Below, piece by piece: positions 14,113-27,598 of a stretch of DNA of 64,000 nucleotides. Made by a program: the position numbers and the translations under genes. The notes beneath the pieces are model-generated. The model made no database searches, was not told the DNA's origin, and saw only the letters and a list, made by a program, of their open reading frames with translations. How positions within the stretch are numbered: position 1 is the stretch's first letter; each line of letters starts with the position of its first letter. The stretch lies in assembly GCF_009914755.1 (NCBI RefSeq), contig NC_060927.1; one strand, given 5' to 3'. The DNA is from the human T2T-CHM13v2.0 reference genome, Homo sapiens.

Positions 14113-14129
14113 GTCCAGTAGGTGGCATT
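14113..14129 (+). promoter_or_regulatory. CTCF core motif match
   Basis: CCAGTAGGTGGCA fits CCASYAGRKGGCR; binding not shown. Confidence 0.5.
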
Positions 14130-14187
14130 ACTTTAACCACACAAAGCAAGAAAACCATGAAAAAGCCAGAATAATTCTGATACAGAT

Positions 14188-14368
14188 CAGAAGCTCTCAA
14201 ATGTTGGCTTCAGACTAGCAGTGTCACCATCACCTTGGAACTTGCTCAAAAGGCAGATTCTTGGGCCCTACCGCAGGCCTATTGAATCATAATCTCTAGG
14301 GGTGGGCCCCAACAATCGTGTTTTAATAAGTGATAATGTTGCATGCTAAAAGATGAGAATCACTGAGA
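14188..14368. mobile_element. MER5A
   Basis: gcagattcttgggccc..ctaggggtgggccc. Confidence 0.75.
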
Positions 14369-14755
14369 TAGAAAATCAAGTTTGCATGAAAATCAGATAA
14401 TAGTTTTTCACATTGAGGCAACATGATAATATACATTACAAATGTTATTTCCTAATGAATGCAATATTCTCTTTTCAGAGTCAACAGCATGGACAAACCT
14501 CAATCACCAATATCATTTCTGTTGGCCTTATTAATTACTTACTATGGGCCTAGTATTTCACCAGTATCAACTCATTTACTCTTTATAACAACCCAGCACG
14601 GCCAGTGCTCTTCTCTCTCTTTTTATAGATGAGGAAGTAGAGGCTTCGATGTCACAAGACTGCCTCTTATTACGCAGCAAGTAAATGAGAAGACAGTACT
14701 CAATATCGGCGAGGTCTTGACACCAAAGCCCTTGCTTTTCTTCTTTATGCCCATG

Positions 14756-14937
14756 TAGGGTTGTCAGATTTAGCAAATAAAACTACAGAACATGCAGTTA
14801 AATTTTAATTTCAGATAAACAACAATTTTTTTAGTATACATCCCATGCAGTATTTGAGACATACTTACACTGAAAATGTTATTTGTTATTTATCTGAAAT
14901 GTGATTTGATTAAGAATAATTTTATCTGGACACCCTA
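14756..14937. mobile_element. MER53-like palindromic hAT MITE
   Basis: tagggttgtcagat...atctggacacccta terminal inverted repeats. Confidence 0.75.
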
Positions 14938-15743
14938 TCCTGTTGTCTCTATCTGTGTGCATTCCAATCAGTTGCAGAAAAAGGAACTAGAAAATAATCT
15001 TTCTTAAGGGTTATTAGGAATAAATCTGAGCATGGGCCTCACTCCAGAAGCTGCAGTTTAACGTCCGTCCCAGGTGATTTGTATGCACATTACTGTTCAA
15101 GGAGCAGTGGCCTTAGAATGCTTACAATCCAAAATGACTGTGGTCTAGAGCTGGGGACCAAATTTAAAGACCCCTCCAGACCTGAGAGTCTATGAATCTA
15201 TGAGGAAAGTGAATGTGAGATAGAATAGCAGTTTACTATTTTTTGCACTTACTTAAAATTCTGATACAACTTTATATGAGGCAACAAAAATATTTAAAAA
15301 TCAATAAATATTTTCTTTATAGAATTACAATACTTGATTAGGTTTTTGAGGATAGGAATAAAATTAAGTAGAATTTTATGATTCTTTTGCAAAGCATTAC
15401 AAGAAATATCTTTAATATTGGATTTGAACTGTCTTCAAATCAAGTCACAAACAGAATATTTACAGCAGAAATAATGCTACTCATTTTATAAGTAAGAATA
15501 CTTTTGTTGAAATCCATAACATCAAGTATGAGATGCAGAGAGAGTAAAATAGTTTCCCAAATGATACAAGTACTTATTCATTCCATGTTTATTGAACACC
15601 TGGGGGAGGTGAAAGGTGAAGGTGTGTTACGATAAACATCTGCAATTCATGTGGGATGTTATGGCACCCCTTTATGCAAAACTTTAAATAAATGGTCTGT
15701 TCCAGGAACCTGCTTCAAGTTGCTGAGACAAGAATGACAGCCA

Positions 15744-16040
15744 GGCTGGGCGCGGTGGCTCATGCCTGTAATCCCAGCACTTTGAGAGGCTGAGGCAGGC
15801 AGACTATGATGTCAGGAGTTTGAGACCAGTCTGGCCAATATGGCGAAACCCCGTCTCTACTAAAAATACAGAAATTAGCCGGGCATGGTGGCGCACGCTT
15901 GTCGTCCCAGCTACTCAGGAGGTTGAGGCAGAAGAATCACTTAAACCCGGGAGGCGGAGGTTGCACTGAGCTGAGATCGCGGCACCGCACTCCAGCCTGG
16001 GTGACAGAGTGAGACTCCCCCCCTCCGCCCGCAAAAAAAA
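15744..16040 (+). mobile_element. AluS
   Basis: full dimer; TSD aagaatgaca(g/t)cca. Confidence 0.95.
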
Positions 16041-16274
16041 AAGAATGACATCCAACAGTTCCTCCTGCCATGCCTACAAAAATCATTACAGCTCAAATAA
16101 ACATATGGGTCAGCTCATTTAGCAGACATGTATTAATTTCCTACTATGTGCCAGGCTTTAAAGAATGGGCTTATATGTGAGAAAAAAGGGGCAAGGAAAT
16201 ATCATCATGTGCCATGATCCAGTGGACTAGGAATGATGGTACTATCCAGGACAGAACCTTGAAATGGAGAGAGA

Positions 16275-16326
16275 CGTGTGTGCGTGTGTGCGCGTGTGGG
16301 CGCGTGTGTGTGTGCGTGTGTGTGTA
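16275..16326. repeat. (TG)/(CG) alternating purine-pyrimidine microsatellite
   Basis: direct. Confidence 0.9.
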
Positions 16327-16882
16327 TGGGGTTGGTGAAGAGAGGTTGGATACAACATCAGGAAGCCAGGCTGGGGGATCTGATTAGAAAACTTCTGCAG
16401 TCTCCAGTCTTGGACTTACTATCATTGCCTTGCCTCTAGCCACAATTAAAGAAAAGTAATTCATTTCCATCTGCCTGGTTTTAAGTAACTGGAAAGTCTT
16501 TCTGCTTTAATTCGTATGCATTTTCCATATTTTTTTCTCTCTGACATTAATTTGCACAGGGCTTAGAAAAAGGTACTTCATTAACTATTAACCATGGTAC
16601 TTAAGAAGTTGGGGACTTTCAAATCATTAATCATATTAAAAATATATAAATCCACCTCTCTTCACATTTGGCCCACAGAGGTTCACGTTATGAAAAGAGT
16701 TTTAGTGATTTATTTGGTCTTGAACCACAAGGTTCTGTTTTTCTTAAATCCCTATAAACAGTCTACATTTTGGACACTGAACAAGTAAATGTATGTTGCA
16801 TTTTCTCACTGAATCCACAGGGTTATTAAAATGTATACTTATTCCCCAAATAATCCAAGCTCAAGCACTTGAATAAGAATAC

Positions 16883-17098
16883 CTCAAGGCTTTCCTCTTT
16901 CATTTGCTTTGTGGACAGCAACTGCAAGGCAGGGATGAGTCAGCACGTGTGTCCAGCTAGCAGGAATAGGCAGTAGCCCTGGTTTATGCTAAGCCATAGG
17001 GGAATTTTGCAGTCATTTTGTGCTTCACTGTCCAGGTTTTTCAACATCAGTGGAACCTTTTGTGTTTCACCCACTGTATGGAAAAATCCACGACTGTC
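16883..17098 (-). pseudogene. Fossil exon (AAA6-like)
   Basis: gtttcttag|, gag|gtattc; 216 nt, phase 0-0, 1 stop; DSRGFFHTVGETQKVPLMLKNLDSEAQNDCKIPLWLSINQGYCLFLLAGHTC*LIPALQLLSTKQMKEESLE. Confidence 0.8.
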
Positions 17099-17599
17099 CT
17101 AAGAAACCTGAGAACAAACACCCATCTGCCTATCCTTCCAACACAGGCTATTAACCACAGTAGCATGTACCCCGTTCTGGGCTGATACTTAACATTTTGG
17201 GTTTTCATCCTTACAAATTTACATAAAAATATGTGTGATTATCTCAATTTGACAGAGGAAAAGAAAACACAAGGTCAATCAGCTAGCCAATGGCAAGGGG
17301 AATCTAACAGATCTGTCAAAAGCCAAAGTCAGTTTTGTGTTCACTAAGATGTACTATTTCCTTACTCCATATAAAATGTAATAAAAAACAAATGAAAAAA
17401 AAGCAGACTTGGAAGGAAAAGGCGATGACTGTGGCAAATGGGCAATATTAGGTTCGAGTGTGGAGCGGGGTGGAGCTCAGAGCAAAGTCAGCCAGCCAGG
17501 CCTACTGATTATGTAAATATTAAATGTGTTTATACCAGTGTTCATTAATCTCCATTTGCACCTGACGGGAGGTAATTCTCCATGGCATTTCTGTGAGTC

Positions 17600-18042
17600 T
17601 TGTGACAGCTTTTGTTTAGAATGATCTTTATAGCAAACAGCCTTGGAAAGTAGATATTGTGTCTAGTGTACCTCTCTAGGATAGAGAGAGGGAAGATTTG
17701 TTTCCTGACCAGGACAATATAGATAACTTCTTCCCCAAGGGACAAAGATTTGGCATGTTTTCTAGCATCCCTCTTGAGTGGCTTCCTAAGTTCAGTGTTC
17801 CCCAGCTGTGACACAACTCACAGTGTGTACAGTATCCACCAGGACCTGGCTTCGCATGGGCCCCAGGGAAACTGGAGGGTAAGGGGAGCTGAAGCCAACA
17901 AGAAGCTCATGCTGCCTATTGTCCCAGGAGCAATCAACTGAGTAAAGCGATGTGTGTTCATTGTCTCCTTACCAGTCAAACCTATAGAATTCTGCAGAGC
18001 TGACCTAAAACCTTCCTGATGCTGCTTAGGGACTGCTTGACA
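17600..18042 (+). mobile_element. LTR40-like ERVL solo LTR
   Basis: atagcaaacagccttgga..gctcatgctgcc..cttgaca. Confidence 0.65.
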
Positions 18043-18347
18043 GCATAATCAGCTCCTGCATCCCCATCCCTTCTCCACACTTCTTTGTCTTGTTCTGAGC
18101 CTGGGCTTCCTTGCCTCTGGCTTCCTGGTTAGGATTGGCATAATGGGATGTGCTAGGGGAGATGGGAAAATGGGAAGAGTGAGAGGTCAGGGTATTTATT
18201 CTTCTTGCTCCTTCTCTGCCTCTGTGGCTACAGCTCCTGCTTGTAGTCTCTCTTTCATAGCCAGACTCTGGTAAAAACAGTGCTCTTGGAAAAATATTAT
18301 GTCACTCTTGCTAGACCTTGGGTGTATCACTATTAAAAGCTTTCACC

Positions 18348-18674
<327 letters not shown>

Positions 18675-18821
18675 CTATAAACAGCTTTCACAAAGCTATC
18701 TGCAGTAAACTATTTTGGATGTGCCACCTTGTTTTTAAAAATAAGTTAAGGCAGTCTCTTACATGTATGAAACAGGTTATACACATATACATAAAATACT
18801 GCTTTTAAAACTGTAAATTAC

Positions 18822-19101
18822 CTCTTGTCCTCATCGTACTGAGTCTTTGCAGCCACCTTGGACCTCCATAAGGCAAAGATACTTGCCTTAATTTATGGTA
18901 CTCTCAGGAAGGCTTTGACTGGACTGTGTTACAAATGCATTTTCACCTGCTCCTGGCCATTTGTTTTGATGCCTATAGAAGTCCCGTGGGTGGCCATGTT
19001 AGTGGCCATGTTAAAGATGCCCTCTTTGTCAGCATGCATCTCACTGCACCTCTTCTCGCAGATAGTTATGGTTCCCAGTGTGCAAATAATACACTTTAAG
19101 T
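18822..19101 (-). pseudogene. Fossil exon
   Basis: 280 nt, phase 2-0, gag|gtaatt; LKVYYLHTGNHNYLREEVQ*..PRDFYRHQNKWPGAGENAFVTQSSQSL..; many stops. Confidence 0.55.
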
Positions 19102-19838
19102 CTTGGTATAGTTAAATAAATGTAAAGAAAATTTAAAAAGGACCACAGCATAAAAACTTTCTACATAAACTTAGATCATTTGAGGAAACTTCAAGTGAAC
19201 TCAGAACCACAGTTTGTAGTTGGAAGAGATCTCCAAAGATGTTTAATAAAACTCTCTCATTGTACAGTTCATTTGATTCTTGGAAAATGAAAATTGCATG
19301 AATTCATTTTAGTCCCTGTCATAATCATCACATTTTCCCTTTTTTAAATATTATTTCTACAATGCAGCAGAATAAATTACAAGAAGAGTTCTAAAATTCC
19401 AAACTAATAGAAAAGTATATTATCCCAGTAGTACATACGAAGAGAAAATTACTAAGTGGTTTGTTTCCTTTTGTTGACAGTAATTACGACGATGAGGCTA
19501 TGATGCTCATGCTAGGTCTCAAAGGATGAGCAGGTGTGGACCAGGAGGATGAGACTGTGCAATGGCAGCTCTAACAGAGCAGGCAGCCTAGGCAAAGGCC
19601 TGGAAGGGAGAAAGAAATTGATGTATCCAGGGAGCTAAAAGCAGGTCAGAGTTATAGAAGCATAAGCTAGAATTGAGGGAAAACAGAGGAGAGAAAGGTG
19701 AATGCTACCATTTAAAATTATCTGTTTCTAGCCACACAGCCAGGTTTTCTCACTATAAATGCCTGCCAGCACTGGGCTGGAGAATAACCAAGATCAAAAA
19801 CACTCAGGTTCTCAATTGACCAAACAATCATGATTAAC

Positions 19839-20180
19839 TATTTGAGAGCCCTATTTCCATTAATAGTTCTTTAGCACTTGCTGCGCGTCTAAGCACCACA
19901 ACAAGTGATTCTATCAAAATCCTAAGTAATTTTGATTCAAATTATGTGGTCGTTATGAACCAAGGTCAATGCATCTATTGAGCAGTTTCCATCACGAGTG
20001 TCTCTCCAAAGAGTTGTTTTTTTATTCTCTCCCATGAAGTCTAAATCCAAAAAGCATCTAGATCAATGCAGTTCAAGATAAAGGCTGGGCTCTACATGGA
20101 TGAATGTGAGTTTGCACAAGGAGTTGTCAGTGGATAATTACCGTTTCCGCAATCTACATCAGTAACTCCTAAAGCCTCAC
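19839..20180 (-). pseudogene. Fossil exon
   Basis: tacttag|; 342 nt, phase 2-2; ..DNSLCKLTFIHVEPSLYLELH*SRCFLDLDFMGENKKTTLWRDTRDGNCSIDALTLVHNDH.. Confidence 0.55.
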
Positions 20181-20952
20181 CTAAGTAGCCATACAAATAT
20201 AAGTAAAAATAGAATGCTTGTTACTTTGATACAACTTCCAGGCAGGTTGCCCATCACTTAGCACCTCCCCAAAATCCAGTGTCTTCTCTAGACTTCTCTA
20301 TATAGAAATGTGACCTAAGTAGAATTTCTGCATAATATTTTTAAGGGAGGAGTTTTGAGAAAGAGAAAAGTTATCTCAGAAACTAGGACTTAAAGTATAA
20401 TTTTAAAAAAGAGGAAAAAAAGGTAGGAATGAATAAAAAGATACTATGTTTCTGCTAGCAAACAATTTATATTTTAACTAAGTAGATAATTATTTTAAAA
20501 AGCAATTAATAAGAGACAGTTAGACAAGACCCTTTGGTTTAATGCTCTGCTGCTGCCATCTTGAAATTCTTAATGATTTTTAAACAAAGGGTCCCATGTT
20601 TCCTTGTATTGGGCTCCACAAAGTATGTCTCTACTCTTGCCTGTGATATGGGAGTCCTCAGATGGGCAGGCATTGCATGCACAACTGGTCAAGGAAAGCA
20701 AATGGAAAAGAAAGACTTAATCCAGGCTTTAAATAAAATTTAGGAGGTAAATAATTTAGGCAAGGGGAGGGGGGAGACTTAAAATTCTGAATTAATACTC
20801 TTCCTGGGAAAACAGCAAAAAAAGTAATAATAATAAATTAAAATTAAAGCCTAAAATTAATCTCCCAAAATGGTTTCAAAAAATAAGTTACTCTGTTTAG
20901 GCTTTGCCTGTTTTCTCTGACTTAAATAGCTAGTATATTTACTTAAATCTAC

Positions 20953-21137
20953 ATTGTTGCTTCAGCTTCCAGAAAGGATTTATTATTGTACACAGACCAT
21001 GAAATAAGTTCATAATTATCAGAGAATTCCACAAGGTGTCAGCCTCAAGCTAAAATGATAAATCCAACGCTGGGAAATAGTTTTAATTTTAAGAAATGAA
21101 GATTTGAAGTCTCCATTTTGAATTCTGTGTCTGGGGC
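20953..21137 (-). pseudogene. Fossil exon
   Basis: actacag|, at|gtagat; 185 nt, phase 0-2; APDTEFKMETSNLHFLKLKLFPSVGFIILA*G*HLVEFSDNYELISWSVYNNKSFLEAEAT. Confidence 0.7.
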
Positions 21138-21225
21138 CTGTAGTAATGTAGCAGCCCCTATTTGTTGGGTGCCTCGTACATGCTAGGCACTTAACATACA
21201 TTATTTCTAATCTTTAAAATAACCC

Positions 21226-21590
21226 TGTGCTATGGTGTGAATGTTTATGTTCCCCCCCAAATTCATATATTGAAATCCTAAGCCCATTGTGATGTTTTCA
21301 GGAGGTGGGGCCTTTGGGAAGAGATTAAGTCATGGGGCAGAGCCCTTATGAATGGAATTAGCATCCCTAACAAAAAAGGCACAGGGGAGCTTATTTGCCC
21401 CTTCCACCTTGTGGGGATGCAGCTAGAAGGCACCATCTATGAGGGAGCAGGCCCTCGCCAGACACCGAATCTTCATGCACCTTGATCTTGGACTTCCCAG
21501 ACTCCAGAACTGTGAGAAATAAATTTTTCTTGTTTATAAACCACCCAGTCTATAATATTCTGTTACAGGTGCCCGAATGGACTGAGATAT
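21226..21590 (+). mobile_element. MLT1A-type LTR nested in a MIR
   Basis: tgctatggtgtgaatg..ggacttcccagactccagaactgtgagaaataaa. Confidence 0.85.
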
Positions 21591-22421
21591 CTCTATTGAT
21601 TTTAATCCCCATTTTACAAATGAAAAAATATGGTTAATGAGTGTTAAGTCAATTTCTCAAGGCATACAGCCAGAATCAATATTCAAAGACAAAACTATCT
21701 GAACCCAAATCCTGTGCAATTTCTGCCATACTGCCTCAAGGCCTCAAACAAACAAAGCAGTAAAAAGAGTTCAAGAATGGATATAAAACAAACTCTGGGA
21801 CTGTCTCCTGTCCAGGCTCTATTCTACAGCAGCTAAGGGTGCTGGACCGTCACACTGGACCTAATAAACATCAACCCAGCAGCTCCTGTCTCCTGGGTTT
21901 TTGAGCACAATAGGGCCGCCCACCAGGGCAACTCCCAGGCTATAGAACCCTGCAAAAGGGCATTTCAATATCCACTGGTTTTTATCATCATCTATTATTA
22001 TTGTTATCTAGTATTGTATAAGTTTCAAAGTAATGTTTGGTGTAAATCATAAGCATTAATATTACTGTTGCTTCCAGATGTTCCTGATTTCCCAATCACA
22101 CCAGCAGGAATTTCTGCTCTCAGGAGCCTCCTCTATAGCTGTAGTTTCTTGACCCAGACCTACAAACTCAGCCCTTTGCCTTCTGAAGCTCTGGGGCCAT
22201 TCTTCCCTTATTTAGAAGGTGATTCAATATTAAGCTTACGGCTGGTTGTTCTGTGCAACATTGTAGTTGAACCTTAGACAAGCCCCTGTCCGTCCCAGGC
22301 TCTTGTCATTTGGACCCATTGCTTTGTTGTGCTGAACTTGAATCCATGCCTTGGGAAGGCAACAACTAGCATGAGGATTAATATCTCTGGCTCTGAGTTT
22401 GAGTCCCAGTACCATCACTTT

Positions 22422-22535
22422 TAGGGTGACCAACCATCCTGGTTTGCCTAGGATTGTCCCGGTTTCAGCACCAAAAAGTCCAGGATCCCATGAAATTCCT
22501 CAGTCACAGGCAAACGGAGATGGTGAGTCACCCGA
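22422..22535. mobile_element. MER94 nested in a MIR (22340-22715)
   Basis: agggtgaccaaccatcctggtttgcc..gtcaccc. Confidence 0.75.
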
Positions 22536-22913
22536 AGTTTACTTCCTAACTGTGCAACCTTGAGCAAGTCACCTAACCTCTCAGGGCCTGATATGTAAAA
22601 TAGGTAAAATACTAATATTTACTTTATCACATCATTTTGAAGATTAGATGAGTTATGTATACAGTGCTTAGCATAGAATAAGCATGCAATACATTTTAGT
22701 TAATAATATTATTACTCTTGGCCCGCTAGTACTCACTCAGCCTATCATTCTTCTAGAGCTCCTAGGACTGGAAGATTGCTTTGTTCTTGCCAATCATTTC
22801 CAAGAAAGGGAAGTCCTGCCCTAGAGCCCAAGATAAAAAATTGGGGCCCTTCCTGCCCTCTATCTACCCTTGCTTTTTCATTTTTCTTGTTCCTACGCTA
22901 TCAGCTCTCCTAC

Positions 22914-23304
22914 TTAACAAGCCTCTGGGAGCTCTTTGTTTTTAAGCATCAGTAACCATTTTGACAGTTCACACTCCCAAAAGCCTCAGTGACCATGAGA
23001 ATGTCCCTCTAAAAAGGCAAAGCCAGTGATCATGGGCCCAGGAGGGAAGGTCTGAGCCTGGTGGTGCCTAAAATCTGAATGTGGCTGAAAATGTACACCC
23101 TGATTCTATTCATGGGTATAATAACATGAATCTAGCCTCGAAAATAATTTTGTTGACTTGGCCAATAATCCTTCTCAATTCAACTGCATCTAATGTCCTG
23201 TGTAATTAATGATCTTTCTCCAGCCAGGCGTTTAATGGCTGTCATGTTTGACTACACTTTGACATGTATATCTTCATCATCATTATAAATATTGCATTTT
23301 ACTA
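22914..23304 (-). pseudogene. Fossil exon (2 frameshifts)
   Basis: ttttttataaag|, |gtagga; VKCNIYNDDEDIHVKV*SNMTAIKRLAGERSLITQD/LDAVELRRIIGQVNKIIFEARFMLLYP*IESG../FWECELSKWLLMLKNKELPEAC. Confidence 0.7.
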
Positions 23305-24472
23305 CTTTATAAAAAAATTATATGCATAATTAGATTCTGTTTTATTTTATAAAATAACGTTATTTTTCTTTGCAGCAAGAAAAGGAAAACATGGCTAGAA
23401 GTGGTGCCTGCTCTATTTTCTTTTTCCATCTTCTGTATACTTGTGTTTATGTTCAAACACATTAAAACTATATGTACATATTGCCTCACTTAGGAAAGCT
23501 TGCCAACACATTCTGGCTATATGTTATCTACTATTCAGGAAATCATAACCAAGAGTCTACAACTGAAAATAGCATGCTTTATTTCTATCTTCTAAAAAGA
23601 TACTCAGGGTTTATATTTCCTCTTCATAGGATACTGTCACTAAATTTTTAGGCTTTGTCATTTTAAGTACAATCAATACCTTGGGGCAGTAATATCTATA
23701 TTTTATCCATTATCTTCTTGTCTAAAATGTCTTATTAAACAACTGAATGGCTTATTTGCACAGGAGAGCCATTTTGGATAATTTTTAATGCAGATTTCTG
23801 TGTAGCTCAAGTCTACCTTCTTCCCAAGGCTTGACTGAAGTTCTCAGGTGATAACTCAGTAGACTTCCTTCTTCCTGTTCCAGCCTAATTTTGTATTCTT
23901 CTCTGAGAAGGGGATACAAGATGGGTCCCCAAGAGCTGCAGTCCCCTCTGACTCTGTGGGAGAGATTCACCTATCTACACAATATCTAGGCCAATTCTCT
24001 GGTTGGCTGCATAGGCCCAGTCTGAAGAGAGAGCTGGGGTTGGAGTATTTGCTAGTTCAGCTGGGGAGGCATCTGCATCTGGATCCCTGATCCACATGCC
24101 ATGATTAAACAGGAACCCTCAAAGAATTAAGGTATTACTACAGATGATCTCTCTATTAACCTCCAACCTTTGGGTTTTACAACTTTGTGATTTAAAATGA
24201 ATGGACTTGAGCTATAAAAGTTACAATATACTCATGGTGAAGAATAGGTCTATAATGCTGGAATGGGAGGCTCTGGTTTCTGGAAAAGTCAATCAGGAAA
24301 CGACATAGTAGGGATAGAGATGGCAGGAGCTTGAGTGTGGAAAAAGAGAGAAGAGCTTCAAGGCACTTTCCTTTGACATGTTTGAAGGAAACATTGACTG
24401 TGTCAGCATTACTTGCCCAGCACAATTGCCAATATACTATTAGGAACACCAGAGACAACAAAAAGAACTCAC

Positions 24473-24608
24473 CTAATGAAAGAATATTGTCTTATTCTAA
24501 ATCAATCAATCCTTTAATTAAAGACTTCTTGGTCCTATGCAGGTGAATATATCACCATCACGCCAATGCATGTTTTTCTTGTTGTGAGCATCTGTTCTTT
24601 GGATATTC
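24473..24608 (-). pseudogene. Fossil exon
   Basis: acceptor degraded, donor tag|gtgagt; EYPKNRCSQQEKHALA*W*YIHLHRTKKSLIKGLIDLE*DNILSL. Confidence 0.75.
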
Positions 24609-25265
24609 CCAGAAATGAAACTTCACGGGACATAAAATCCTGCATCCTTAGGATGTTAGACCTAAGGATATTAGCTAATCATCTAGCTAATCTCCTTTTG
24701 CAGGTGAGAGAACAGTTCAAATTGTGAAGCACAGGTGTATCCAGACAGGCCTTACCTCTCCAACAGTGTTTCAGGATTATAATTTTTCATTACCACAAAA
24801 AGAGAGGTAGAAAATTACAGGTTTTGAATGTAATCATAATCCTTTAAAAATACCCCTTGCTCTTGATCTCTGAATTATTATACCAGTTCCAATAAGTTAA
24901 GGTTGTCATTAAGTTTTAACTTAATCTCGAAAAGAACTAAGAAAGCTACATGATCTCACAAGGAGAAATACATGGAAAATTTTCCAGCTCATTGCCCCTG
25001 ACTTTTTATACAATTATGCGTTTGTAAATCCTAATTGTACCTCTGCGATCTGTATCAGCACACTCTATTGGAAGTGGCTCTCATTATGATCTCAGACCTA
25101 GCACAGAGTTCCTGAAGTACCTACATTTCTAGAAGACATGGAAACTTTCTGAGAGTCAGAAAGTTCTGTGCAATTTCAGATTGGTTCATTAGCATAATTG
25201 TTTCAACATTAAAAAGAAAGATTCAGGCAATTTAAGATGTTTATGTAGAAAAATATGTCTATAAC

Positions 25266-25507
25266 TGTCTCCTCGACAACGTAACATGGAAGAACCACTG
25301 ATTCACTGTCCAGAATCACCTCATCAATAGCAAAAAGTGCTTCCACTTCTTTAACTGTTGCTCACAAGTATTGGCATCCTGCCTATAATTTCTTTCTTGA
25401 AGAAATTCTGTTCCATTAATTCTGAAATTCAGGCACTTCCATATACTCACTTAATCTTACACATCCATGCTAATAATGATTATTTACTTAAAAATGAGTT
25501 GATGGCT
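25266..25507 (-). pseudogene. Fossil exon (AAA5-like, 1 frameshift)
   Basis: ctgtcattctttag|; AINSFLSK*SLLAWMCKIK*VYGSA*ISELMEQNFFKKEIIGRMPILV/ATVKEVEALFAIDEVILDSESVVLPCYVVEE. Confidence 0.75.
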
Positions 25508-25702
25508 CTAAAGAATGACAGAGGGATCCAGCCATACCGTTTGTAGTAAGTATTCCAATCTTTGACTCAGTGGATTAATCACTACCAGAATGAAACACGA
25601 TCTCACCCACAATACTGGATAAGGTATAACTAGCAATGATATAATGGTATTCCAGACTTTTGTATAAATTTATTCCATTTCCAGGTTTCTTATATGACTT
25701 AC

Positions 25703-25753
25703 TTCCAAATCAGAAGATTATCTCTGCTCAGAATATAAAAGTTGATAGCTTCC
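25703..25753 (-). pseudogene. Fossil exon
   Basis: acceptor degraded ttctcttg|, aa|gtaagt; 51 nt, phase 2-2, open: LEAINFYILSRDNLLIWK. Confidence 0.75.
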
Positions 25754-26192
25754 CAAGAGAATAGAAACATCAAAGACAGAAAGCCTTACTTTGATCTGGA
25801 TTCCTCAAGGGTAGGGAAGGGAGGATGAGTTCACCCAAGAATAAAACAAAACTTTACACCATGCAGCCCCCATCTGACTTGTAAAGAAATTTTTCTCTCA
25901 GGCCTCATTTATTCACTCTTTCATTCATTTGGCCAACATTTATCGAGCACCTACTATGTGCCAGGTACTAGGCCAACATCAGGAATTCAAAAGCAAATAA
26001 GCTATGTTCCTTCTCTCAAGGAGCTCATCATTAATCAGCCATGTTAGCAAATAATTACAGTGCTCCATTCAGGCTGATATCTACAGTAAATGCTTATGTA
26101 ATTCATGAGCAGATCACACAGATCAACCTTCAACGCTTTCTGTATTTATTGAATTGGTATTAGTATCTCCGCATATCCCCTCAAAGACTCAC

Positions 26193-26253
26193 AATTTCAT
26201 ACTTTGGATGATTCTTTCAATAATGCTTTGCCTTTGACTAAAATAATCAATAC
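26193..26253 (-). pseudogene. Fossil exon
   Basis: ggtcag|, tt|gtgagt; 61 nt, phase 1-2, open: GIDYFSQRQSIIERIIQSMK. Confidence 0.75.
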
Positions 26254-26695
26254 CTGACCACAAAGATGCCCAAAGTTATTAACCATGCAATTTCACATCT
26301 TTCAGGAATTTAATCCCACACTTGCTTCCTCCTCATACACATATACACACAAAGCATTTGTCTCACAGTGAGTTAATTCCTGAGTGCTTTTTCAGGCTCC
26401 CTTGGCCTATAGATACCATTCAATTAGAGTGACAGGCAGTGAGTCCACTTACCACCTGATACCCCAAAACACTTCAGGAACATCAGGTAGGTAACTCTTG
26501 ACATCAGGAAGACTGACCATTAAACCAAATCCTAGCTATAGGACTGGAGTTTAGAGGCATGAATTTTCTACTTGTACAGATATTACAAGATCAAGAAAAT
26601 AGTCACTATTATTGAGTCCTCATCATAAGCCAGGCACTGTGTGTTAAGTATTTAGCAGGTATTATTTCATCCTCACAAAAATGAGGTAGATACTG

Positions 26696-27063
26696 TGTAT
26701 TAGCCCATTTTCATGCTACCAATAAAGACATACTCGAAACTGGGCAATTTACAAAAGAAAGAGGTTTAATCGGACTTACAGTTTCACATGGCTGGAGAGG
26801 CCTCACAAGCACGTTGGAGGGCAAGGAGGAGCAAGTCACATCTTATATGGATAGCTGCAGGCAAAGAGAGAGTTTGTGCAGAGCAACTCCCGTTTTTTAA
26901 AACTATCAGATCTCATGAGACCCATTGACTAGCACAAGAACAGTATAGGAAAGACCCACCCACATAATTCAGTCATCCCTCACTGCGTCCCTCCCACAAC
27001 ACATGGGAATTATGGGAGCTACAAGATGACATTTGGGTGGGGACACAGAGCCAAACCATACCA
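26696..27063 (-). mobile_element. THE1 solo LTR nested in a MIR
   Basis: THE1 consensus; TSD tactg at 26691 and 27064. Confidence 0.95.
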
Positions 27064-27343
27064 TACTGCTATTATCCCCATTTTAGAGATAAAGCAATTG
27101 AGGTCAAATAACTTGCTGAAAGCTACATAACAGTAAGTGGTGAGGCCCTGATGGAAAGCCCAGCATGCTGACTTCAAAGCCCACTGATTAGGAGGACATA
27201 GTTAAAGAAACTGGAACCCAAGATCTTAGGGTGGCACTATTAGGACATCTGAATGCTGACTTTAACTTTTCATATTTCCTTTGAGGACAAAATTTTCCTT
27301 AGATTTTGATGAACACCAAGTGCCATGGCAAAAGTCCATTAAC

Positions 27344-27478
27344 CACACAATTTTGTCTCATCTTAGTAGAGCCTGATTTGCACAGCCAACTGCTTCCAAA
27401 TTTTACTGTTTCTGCTGTATCACAATGGCTGTTTATAAAGCTTTTCTCTGGTACAGATGTAAAAGACAGTAAGGAGTT
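27344..27478 (-). pseudogene. Fossil exon
   Basis: atcctttcag|; 135 nt, phase 1-1; LLTVFYICTREKLYKQPL*YSRNSKIWKQLAVQIRLY*DETKLC. Confidence 0.7.
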
Positions 27479-27598
27479 CTGAAAGGATCAATAGGACTAT
27501 AAAAAATAGATTCTCAAGTTTTACCATCTCTGTCTTATGAAGTTAGCCCTTTATTTATTTATTTATTTAGCTATGAGTGAGTACAATGCTGATTGCAC

